Below are positions 1 to 10,800 of a stretch of DNA of 64,000 bases, one piece after another. The DNA is from Catajapyx aquilonaris (lineage: Eukaryota), in contig JYFJ02000741.1 of assembly GCA_000934665.2 (NCBI GenBank), positions 1 through 64,000 of the forward strand, given 5' to 3'. The notes beneath the pieces were generated by a model, which was not told where the DNA came from, did no database searches, and worked only from the letters and a program-made list of their open reading frames with translations. A program made the translations under genes and the position numbers. Each line of letters starts with the position of its first letter. Within the stretch, counting starts at the first letter, position 1.

Positions 1-94
1 TGCCTAGACATGATGACCCCTCTACATAAAATGATGCTCTGGTGCCCCTTATGCCATTGGTACATGGCTTATGGTAGAGTTTTGATACACCCTG
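1..94. mobile_element. Right end of a putative Tc1/mariner-type DNA transposon or MITE running off the window
   Basis: Ends ...TTTGATACACCCTG followed by TA (95-96). The reverse complement TA|CAGGGTGTATC is a typical Tc1/mariner terminus. The partner TIR is not in the window. Confidence 0.4.
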
Positions 95-1580
95 TATAAT
101 TCTATTTTTGGTTATTGGTAATTCAAGTGCAAACGTAATTTACCAAAATTAACTTCATAATTGGATTGAATTAATCACTTAATAATCATGCATGCTCCCG
201 TAATTTTTCCACAATATGACACTGTATAATTTATTATTTTCTGGTTAGATACTCATATACAGTACTTAAATATTGTAGGTTCGTAGAGTTTCAAAGTGCT
301 TCAGGTATATTTTAGAAGTAGGATATGTAAATAATATTTTTTCTGATTTGTATTTCGTAACAAGCAGTTATTATAAAGTGCCGGAGACTTTTCTATGAGA
401 TCTATTACGAATCACATAGCTATTTCTCTTTTGCTAACCTTCACAGTCATGACAGCGTCTTTATTGAAATACAAAATAAATTATAAATTTTTTTTGACAT
501 CAGGTAGCTTCTTTACATGTATGCCCTGGTTGGCCAAACATTATTAGTTAATACTGTTGAAGGCAATTCAAAGGTAGCTGCTTACAATAAGCAGATTAGT
601 GGCAACCACTTCGTACATTTTAGTTGGAACACCTTGTTCATGTGAGATCAAATAGATATGGAACGTTTCTTCAAAACAATGAGTTGCCTCGGTTAGCAAA
701 GGGTATATTTTTGACCCAAAAATAATTCAGTGGGTTTTTATCTGACCTGTTCAAAAGTTAAGAAAACTGCTGATAAAATAATATAGCGTAACAAGCGATG
801 AATGCAAAATGGTATACGGGTATGTTCGATTTCGCATTATCTGGTTCGCATTACAGAGTCTGCGTTTTGCATACCAGCAGCGTAAAGTACTTTGTATCTC
901 GTATATCCAGACCTGATCCAGACTAACAAAATCGAAGAAGAAAAAACATCGATACCACAAATCCTTACAAAGGCGTAAAACCCCTCCAGATCAACTTTGC
1001 TCGACTGAACACCGTTTCCGCAACTTGCCCGTTCCAAAAGGTATTTTTGTCCCACCCACACAACCGGTACCGTATGTCCTGAAAATGCAGGTATCCATGT
1101 AGAAACCCCTTATAATTAGGAAGCGTCGCCAGTCAGGTGACAGACCAATTTAGGACCCCCTTCCTTGTTTACGTGGCGAGAAGGTGAGGATAAACCCCTC
1201 ACGAGACTGACTTGTCTCCTGTGACTGCTCGCATCTCATTTCCCACCAGTCTCTTGCTCTTTGCTGCTGCTTCTGCCTCTGGGAAAAGGGTCCTTTTCCT
1301 TGCACTCCCCCCCCCCCCCCCNCCCCAAAATCTGGTGCTCCGCATATCGATTTTCCTTTTCCGACGCCGACGACGCCATCCGACGAATGAGGCTCAGGTA
1401 AGTGCTGTACATAGAGCTGGGGGCATTTACTGATTTACAGTCAGGGTCAATTATGGGGTCGCAGTTGGTCGAAATTATGGCCGGTTGCGGGGGCAAACCA
1501 CTCGCCATTTCTCCCCCCTCAAAATTTATTGTAGTAACTGTTTCGTAATAATCTGATTGTTGTGGAAAGATGTGACTTCC

Positions 1581-2045
1581 ATGTTTGACCCCAGGCCAGT
1601 GACCCGGCTGACCCCGGCCATTATCTTATCGCTGGCATTCCTGTGCTCGGCCGAGTGCGCCGACTGGTGGGAACTTCTGGCTGCACCGACGGTTCCGACA
1701 GATGGCGGGGGCTGTCCTGGCAACCACTCCGACGACGCCATCTTCGCCGCATTTTACGAACACCAAGAGTCCGGTTCTGAGAACCAGAGGTCATTGGACT
1801 GGACTCTTCCAGGTCTCATGTTGTATCTCCTGGAAGCCAAACGACACGTCGACACCATGTCCAGACAAGCTGGAACTGACGACGATGACTTTGAAGACGA
1901 CGATGACGATTCCGATCCAAATCTGTTTTCATACTACGGCTCAGATGTGGAGTATTTGTTCCCGTTAATCTCCTTCAACATCCCATTCGACGGAGAGATA
2001 GTATTCCTGGGCTTCCGGGGATTCCGTGGTCTTATGCGGCGTTGA
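1581..2045 (+). CDS. Putative secreted acidic prepropeptide-like protein (154 aa), family unrecognised
   Basis: ATG 1581 to TGA 2045. Signal-peptide-like N-terminus (RLTPAIILSLAFLCSAECA), internal KR, Asp-rich tract and C-terminal RR. Codons are C/G-ending like the PDE8 exons. Candidate 5'UTR intron 1398-1534 (CAG|GTAAGT...TTGTAG). Confidence 0.6.
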   Translation: MFDPRPVTRLTPAIILSLAFLCSAECADWWELLAAPTVPTDGGGCPGNHSDDAIFAAFYEHQESGSENQRSLDWTLPGLMLYLLEAKRHVDTMSRQAGTDDDDFEDDDDDSDPNLFSYYGSDVEYLFPLISFNIPFDGEIVFLGFRGFRGLMRR

Positions 2046-2564
2046 CTCGCGTTAATTATGCAACGCCATGTTGATTGATTAATTATTTCGGCCCCCGCCT
2101 TGTCGATAAAACCGAACAAGGCTGGGCTTGGAATTTAACACTGCAGATACACACCAAAGTGGGTCAATCAGGACGCCTCTTATATCACGACTTGTATGTT
2201 TTTTTTTCGGTGTGGGAGTGTAATTAGACTTTTAAAAAGTCATGAAGACGGATGACTTGAGATATATTATGAGGGGGAGGTTAAAGGACATTTTTGCGGG
2301 ACTTGAAGTTTCAAGGACGATTACTCAACCTGTGACGTCTGGTCGTTCACGTGTTATGTACCTTTTGAGGGCGTTTTATCGCCCGCTTAACAATTGAAAT
2401 TGCCGATAAAAATCGGGAGTGAAGAATTGCTTTTTAACCCTGATTGAGAGGGGTAGCACAGTGGCCTAGTTGTTGAGGGTTGCACCTTCCCACATAACTT
2501 ATCCCCATTTTAATCCCCAGATTTTTGACAATTACAAGATGTGCAACAACCTGACGAATTAAAA

Positions 2565-2567
<3 letters not shown>

Positions 2568-2639
<72 letters not shown>
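2568..2639. repeat. (ATT)24 microsatellite
   Basis: 72 nt of perfect ATT units. Confidence 0.97.
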
Positions 2640-2640
<1 letters not shown>

Positions 2641-5600
2641 GGTCGACATGAACTTTCGTGTCAATCGTGCGGAACATGAAATCCCGTTGTCATGCAAAGC
2701 CCACCACTTCTAACCTTTATTAAAACGAGGTAAAAAAAAAATGTGTGCACCATTACGTCACCTTGCAGAAAAAAAACAACCTTGCAGTTTTGCAGACGTG
2801 ACCTTGTAAAACATCTCTGCCATTCCTCCCGGCTTCATTTCCTTACCTCGCCAACGCCACGTGCTAGCCAGTGACTTACGTTCTCATCTGGTATGTGTAT
2901 GTGTTGCATGTGTGTATAGCACACCGACTCATGACAGCTATCCCGACCTACCGGTTGCCAGGATATCAGCTGGTCGAGAGGCTCACTTGGAGGTTGGAAA
3001 GCAACGAGAGGACAACGCTTTTTCAATGTAGGTGAGTTACACCCTGTACTTTTTTTCGGCATTAATATTGTGCGTCTGTGCGTGGGTTCCCGGTCTCTTG
3101 TATCGGGAAAGATAAACCCGGCTTCTCTCCTAGTTGTTACCATGGATACCTCCCCGTCATTATTATCGACATACTCATTTGCAAAAAAAAAAAAACTACA
3201 AAAAAAACGCAAAATATATTAAAGCTATGAAAATTCGCATGAGTTGAGTCAGATTAATTGGCGGAATGCTGATTGCGGTCTGGATTAAATTAACCGCGGA
3301 GTTGAGTAATTTTCGCCCCCCCCCCCTTTTTTTTTGAAGGTCTCATTAGAGCTGCGAAACAGCTTACACGCTTTTTGAACCCTTGCAAAAAATAATTAGT
3401 ACAAAAATCGGACAAGAGCAAGTCCGGTAATATTAGTGATTGAAGTGACACAATTACCCGGCCACTTTTTAATTGGGTCATGCCATGCCTTTTGGCCACA
3501 AGCAAGTTGACAGTTTTTCGCAGTATTTACGTGCACCCGGCAGGGGGCGAAATATCAGTCACGATATAACGTTTTTTTTGGTCCACTTGAAACAACTTCT
3601 CAACGTTCAGACCCCCCCTATTCCCCCCCTCTCGTGTCCCTGTAACCGCCTTCAAGTCTTCCTTTCCTTTTCAACTCGGCGCCAAAGGACAGCTTTTTGT
3701 GCCGGTGGGTTGCTCTACATTTTTGGGGCCTCCCAGTTTCCAAAGTGGTGGCACAACTACTGTGTTGCGCGGCTTCGTCCACCAAAAAAATATATGGTGT
3801 TCATGCTGCTCTCTAAAAAAATTCTGATATTTTCGCAATTTCTACTTAAGTAACACCCATTTCCTTGTAAATGAATGAATAATAAAATAATAAAACTAAA
3901 TAATAAGTAACGTAAATTTCACTAACAGTAAGTCACATGTAATATTCGTATACAAAAAAGCGAAAAATAATATGTAAAAGAATGTTTTATTTCGACGAAG
4001 TGGAACATATTATTCTTTGTGGCTCAGTTAGCATTTTTATGTAACTTTGAGCATGATTAGTTCCGTTTATTGTAATATTATCCTAATAATAGTCTATCAA
4101 GCCAGTTCAAAATATAAATTAAAAACAAATTGTAAGCCGTTGCGGTATAAACTGAGAAGTAATAGTTGAAATTCTCTGAAATAATTTTTAGCATTTACAC
4201 TATTTAATTATTTGGTAATTTGTGGCTTAATTTTAGTATGTTTTCACTCAAAGATTCTCCTTAAAATAAACCATTTTTTGCCTTTTTAAGTGACTTTTCT
4301 TCCATTTTTGAGTCATCGGAATCGTAGCATGATATCCGTTCGTTTTATTTCTGAAATCACATTAAGTGTGCACTGCAAATCTGGGCTAATTCCCCCCCCC
4401 CCTCCCTTTAAAATGTCATGCGGCTAAAGTAGCTGGTTCTCCCAAGTCCTCCCAAGATTATCGCACCTGTATGCAGATAATTACAGGCAATTTCTACACG
4501 AACAACTCGTATCAGATTTTATCAGCCTGGCCCTCTGTGTGTGTGTGTCAATCATTTCAAAACAATACAGAAACCTGATAGAACGCACTACTGGTGGTCA
4601 CGTTATTCTTCGCTAACTGATCAAAGGAGACGTCGTGGCTGCTCAGGCCCATTTTACCCCCCCCCCCCCTTTTACACCCGGGTCCTCCTTGCGTGAGCTG
4701 AATTAGAAGCTTCCGTGAGTTGTTGTGAGGCGAGAGAAGAAACGCAGCTTGTGCACACAAAAGGAGGCTCTTGGAGAGTCTCATCTGAGCTGTCAGGTAC
4801 ACCTTATACCCCGGCAGGTTTGCCAAATCTCAGGAGTGGCAGCACTTGGCGGCCACTTGGCCAGAAGACAGAGCCATCTGGAGTGATGTACGACCACTCA
4901 TTATTCATTGTATGCGTGTGTGGGTGGGATGACCCGTCAGAGGATGGGAAGGTTTTGATTAATATGGATGATGCGAGGGCAATTGCGGGGCCAAATAAGC
5001 GATTAGTTGGCGCTTATTCTTCGCGCAAAACCTGTTGTTTATGGGAGGGTCGGCTCGACCTCGTTTTATTACACGGAATAATCAGGCTCGGCAACAATGC
5101 TGGGGGTTTTACACCTAAAAATGGGGAGACTAGTGGGTAGAATGGAAAGAAGGACTTTGACTCGGAGCCCGATTTGTGATGTATATTAGATGCCGGGCAA
5201 ATCCTGTTGGCATTGAATTTCAATCGAGTTGACGGAACTTCCAGCGGAACATCTTGCTGGTCAGGATTTGCTGCCAGGATTCGCATTTTGCCAGCTATGT
5301 GGGTCTTGGAAGGCGGGGGAGCAGGAGATATGATCTTTTAAAATGTGGATTGAGTAAATATTTGCTAGCAAAAGAGTTATCGGGCGAAGTATTGTCGGGT
5401 TAAGAATTCAGTGCGATTAAAGCGAAATTGAGGTGTGTGCATCAACCGGCTGAAGCCAGATTTAGAGAATCATGCTATGTCTGGTTGTATTTTTATATTT
5501 CGTCCTGATGTTATCTGTTCAGGGTTTTTTTTTCCTTTTCAAATCGCATTTGGTATCAAAGTTCACGCAGGGCACCTCCTTTTGAGGGTCAAGTGAAACA

Positions 5601-7202
5601 ATCATATCAAGATGTCAGGCGACTGAGGATATTTTAGTTGTCATAATCTTGTTGAGGTGTATGTTTGTTGGTCTGGCGCCAACGTACACAACAGTACAAA
5701 ATCAAAATAGAGAAATGAGATGGACTTATGCAACTGCTAGAATAGTGTATGTATCTGGGTTGCTGTATAATATCAGAATAGTTATGCACGAACTTATGCA
5801 ATTCAGCAAATTTGCAATTTGCATGTAGCGCAGTTCCTGCAGCTGGAAACCTCCGGTATATCATAAGGTAACTTACAGGAAAAAGTCAGCATCTATAGCA
5901 GCGTTCAACTACAACTTTCTTGACGTGAATAGTGTAATATATTATAGTTATATGCATCACATTCACCAACCACCTGGAGATCTGCTCGTTAAAACCGCTC
6001 ATGAAACGTATGCGAAAAATGGACTAATTCGTAATTCAGCTGTATCATTGGATATAAGCAAATTAAACCCCAGGCCGCCGGTCATGCACAGGAAAAATCA
6101 TGTCCACACTCTTTGAATGATGTCCTGATTCGTATCTGGAAAGGCAGCAATTTGCTTCAGATTCAACACAGCTGGTTTATTGAAGGACAAACATCGCGCA
6201 GATTGGGGGTTGGCAAATATATATTTTTTTCACACAGTTCAAGTACTGGTTGTCAACATTTCCAACTTACCTTGCATGCAATTACCCTTTGCTGTGGAGG
6301 CATATTCACGACCCACACGTCCATCAAACGACATTATGTTAATATCTAAGGCAGCTCTCTATATTTATTTGCCGCCCACCCCTTTTTTCATGCTCCGGTA
6401 GGCAGGCAAATTACGCCTGTTATTCGCGCGAGGAATAAATTGGCGCCCGGGTAGGGCTAACTTGTCACCTGACAACCTAGGAGTTGATATGAATATTGAT
6501 GAAGATGCTCGTAAACATCTCCCGTTATTATTTGATGGCAATAATGCCGCGGCTACAGGTGAGCGGGTGAAGGATTGGTAGGCTCTTTATTCATGCTAAT
6601 TAGGACGTTCATAATAGACGTACGCCCGCCGTCTATAAACGCTGGGTCGAGCTCATAGTACTTTTTTAAAGTAGCTGCTCTCCAGCTGCGATTATGTACA
6701 CAGTGGGCAGTGATCGATTATTAATAAACTAGCTATTGTTATGCCGCACGTAGGTGTGGCTGAAATCTCAGATGTCAGATCGATGCTTGTAGAGATTTTT
6801 GGCACCTGTCATTCATTTGTGTTTCGCATAAATTGTGAAATATTTAATGCAGTAGTTTTGGAATCGAAGTACACATCATACCAGCATAATTTTGTAATTT
6901 TTACGAATTTTTAGTTAATTTTTGTAATTTTCAGCTCGGGTTGATTTCAGTTCCAGGTATAATTTACTAACTGGAGCATACCTTGAAGCCATAATTTCCA
7001 TGAAATAGACTTGCGAAGTAGAGTAAGTTGCACCCAAGTAACTTCATAAAGACAAACTCCGAGTCGCATACATATAAATCATTCAATTCTCGCCCACTCC
7101 CAGGATGTCACTTCTTATATCTCGTCTCTCTCCCAGCCAACCTCCCATGCAGAAGTTTCATCCCCAAGTAGGTCCAAAGTACCCCACTTTATACCGCCAA
7201 CC

Positions 7203-7210
7203 TGACGTCA
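7203..7210. promoter_or_regulatory. Full palindromic cAMP response element (CRE) upstream of PDE8 coding exon 1
   Basis: TGACGTCA about 470 nt upstream of ATG 7674, in a CpG-containing region. Confidence 0.5.
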
Positions 7211-7673
7211 CGAGTGTTTGATAACATTAGGAGCGACCTCGATGGAATGAGGATAAGGGACCGAAACCCATGCCAACTGTGCCACTCTTTTTCCTTTCCT
7301 GCCGCTGCCAGCAACCTCTTGTCCTCAAGTGACACTGATACGTCGGGGTTGCAGCCTATTGATGCTGCCGATGACCTCCTGTATATGCATCGCGCACACA
7401 GACCCACCCGATGCAGTCTTATCTGGCGAGCAGGCCAGTGCGCAGACTGTGCAATTATTTCGCAGGTCTGGAAGCGTACACCCGTCCCCAAAAAGCGCAA
7501 TTTGAGCGAGCTGGCATGATCCTGTGAGAGAGAGAAGCGGCGCAGTCTCCGTCGCGACGCCGACATGCAACAGGCCGCCGCCTTCCTTCTTCATCTTGCC
7601 TGCTGCGTCTCCTGGTCGGTATGCTGGACCGTGTGGTGAAAAGTGCACGCGAGTGACCAGTGAAAGTGACCCG

Positions 7674-7806
7674 ATGGGGTGCACTCCTAGCATACACGTC
7701 TCCGACACCGGAGTCATCTACTGCAGGGACAATCACGAGAGTCCATCCACATACTCGGCTGCCAATCATCAGGATGCACCCGGCTCACCTGAACAACCCA
7801 AGGAAG
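7674..7806 (+). CDS. PDE8: PDE8 coding exon 1 ([23 protein letters not shown]...PKE)
   Basis: Closely resembles the vertebrate PDE8B N-terminus as I recall it (MGCAPSIHVSQSGVIYCRD). Strong phase-1 donor G|GTGAGT. Confidence 0.9.
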
Positions 7807-10800
7807 GTGAGTACACAGTACTGGGAATATTATCACCTGATCGATTGGCACTATATCGATTGGACCTGGTGTCAAACTTTAGGAAAGATAAACAGCCGGG
7901 AGTTCTCACTAACATATGTGTGTACGAGCCGTGTGTAGTACATGCAGCGAGGATACTGCAAATAAATCCATAGAGACCCGCTGGCGTATGTCGATACTGT
8001 GACATATTTACTATCAGCGGCGGGGAAGTTGACATTGGGCGTGGGAGTTCCGGTCCCGAAGGATCAGTCCTAACTGGACAATGACTCAGACGGACCAGGC
8101 TCATTTTCACGTCGTGCTGGATATATATTAACACTGTACAATAAATCCTGTACACAAGTGTAAAGAACGTTTAAATGGCGCGACCTTTTCACCCAAATTG
8201 TTGATCAACACCGTTTAAAATTAATTGTCGATTCGGTCTCGAGGGCAGTCCTATCCACTGTAACGTGAACAACAAAATGCGCCTGGCATTTACACCCATC
8301 CGTTGGTAATAATTCACGAAGGTCGTTCGTTTATAAGGTCAAGCCCCTCATATTTTCGTTTTCGGTTGATGATGAACCGCTCCCTCCTGCGGGGGAAATT
8401 GATATTAGAAATTGGCAAGGGGGAGGGGGGGGGGCACTGCTCATTTCTGCGTCTGGAAATGAGGTCAGTTTGTGCGAAACCCGAAGCACCGATCGGGTTT
8501 CGGGTTATCGAAGCACTGGGGAAAAACGTGGGAAGGTCGGGGGATATGGTCTGGATTTTAAAAGGCTCCAGAGTTCCTTGTTGATCCTCTTTTCCCAACG
8601 TAAATTTAGAACATGCTTGGGGAAGATATATACTTACACTGGGAGCTGGGGTTTGTTCTTGTTATTTGCAGCTGTCAGAAACCTTCGTATTGACTCTATC
8701 TGGCTCCGAGAGAGGCGGCCCATTGTTGTGAAATTACAGGAGGTTTTGCCGGTTCATTAATGGAATTAAAGTTAACTGAACGAAGGCGGTCGGTCTTGTT
8801 CGGTTAAAGGGGCGAGTAGGTGTACCCTACATATTCAAAAGTGTGTGTCAAATATTCAGCGAGGCTTTTAACCTTTTGTTTTAACCTCGCTCTAAAATTA
8901 TGCCTTGTTAATCACCACTTAACAAGCGTTCAGGCCCCCTTGTCGACAACCTCTTATGGAAAAACCCAGTCAGCCTTAACTCGATTATGAACTTTAGGAT
9001 GCGCCTTTGTGCGGTTTTTTTTTTACTTCCATAGAGTTCTCTGGAGCCTCGTTTTTTTCATCCAAAATGGCGGCAATTGGATCGGAGGCTTGTCATTTTC
9101 CCTAATCAGCCCATCACGTCCCTCCTTGTTGCTAATTAAGCCTCAGAAGCTCCAGACCTAGAAGCCGGGCATCTAATCTTCTCACTTTTGGAGGCGAAGC
9201 AGTAATTGGGCGAAGGAAGAGAAGCCAGGATTCGACCTGACACGGTTGAATTAGCAGCTACATTCAGCAGGTTACAGGCCGCAGCCATCTTGGATCGGAA
9301 AACCTATCGATTGACGATGATTGGAAGGGCGATGCATAAATTACTCTGACGTCAATTATTGTGCGTGCTATCGTGCCTGCGTTTGGCCACTAATGATTTG
9401 ATTAGGGCCAGTTATGTTGAGAAACTAATATTGTCGCCGTTTTTGTTTGGAGGGAGGGTAATGAATGTGTCTTTTTGCTGGGGGGAAAAAAGGTCGCTGG
9501 CTTTTTGCGAATGAGGCACAAACACTCAGCTAATGGAGAATTAGCGCAAAGATATTAAGCAAAGTGATTCGTACAATGTGCCCTGGGCCAATTATTAAAA
9601 CTTCTGTTGTAGACTTGCAAATGGTAATAGATGAGGCGATGTACTGTTTAGATACTTCTTTGTTGCTTTCACTTCCGGAGGGAACAAAAATTTGCCATTA
9701 TAACGTCTCGTTAGCGAGAACAATACTCGAAGTTGGGAGCGAAATAGATGCGACTTGGATAGATGTTATGACTTTGAAAAATCACTTATAAAACAGAGTG
9801 CTTTTTGAGCAACGTGGCCTGTCCTACAAAATGTAGAAATGGCTCTGGAGTTGTTTTTAAGATTATTTTGCTTGGAAGCTATTCTCTTGAGCAGCGAATC
9901 GCCTTGTGTAGTTACCATCCTGCTGTTTTGCGTCACTGCACAAAATTGTTAAAAATGCACCCAGCACTTTCCTTACTCCTTCGCCATTCTTTTACTCTCA
10001 AGTATATTTTATGCATTCAAGGAAGTCGCCCCAAAAAATTATATAGCCAGCAAAGGACGCATCCAGCTGGCGAGCATTTCCAGTTCTCATTCTGGCCGTC
10101 AACGAGACGTCCTATGGGAAAAGAAACAGGTCGCTCCCCGAAATTTATGAAGCTCCTAACGGCTCTGTTAGTATGTTACTCTTACCACTCGCGACTACTC
10201 AGGTAGCAGTCCCCCTAATAAAAATGTGCCGCCTAGAAAAGGACCAAGATGATGATTGAGTATACACTCCGCACGCTCTAAAAGAATTCTGTTTGTTATT
10301 CTAACAGTGTGATGACATTAAGCCTGTTTTCCAGCTGTGATCTTTGGCAACGGCGCGAAATAGATCGATGGTTGAGGTGGACAGAACTGGAAGATCCTTG
10401 GGGATTCAGGCGATGGAGTTGCGGTGGCGGAGGAATTTCAGGGCTGGTGATGAACCATTTTTTTCTGGTATAACTTCATCCCTAGGGATCATGATATATT
10501 CCACCAGCAATCTTCTCAATATAGCATGACATGCATAGACTCCCGTTTCTGAGGGGGGGATACGGTTCAGGATCTTTTCTGAATTTGAGCTAAATCGAGC
10601 TCAAATCCCCCTGTGGTATCAACGCGTGGGATTCAGGGCATTGGAGCTTTACTGGAAAAGCTGTTGGGCTACTGCTTTCTGCATAATCAGGCTTCAGTTT
10701 TGCCTCGAAGATGCTTGCTAAGGATCAGACTCGAGTGTTCATATACGGCCACTCGAGACAGTGGGAAAAAAAACACAGGAAATGAATCAATCTTGGTTGT

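Noticed and set aside
1307..1326. Poly-C run with an ambiguous base and overlapping short ORFs
   Set aside because: Low-complexity tract of uncertain sequence; the ORFs crossing it are not credible.
7189..7769. Several overlapping 100-130 aa ORFs upstream of PDE8 exon 1
   Set aside because: Expected in a GC-rich promoter/5'UTR; no protein-like features.
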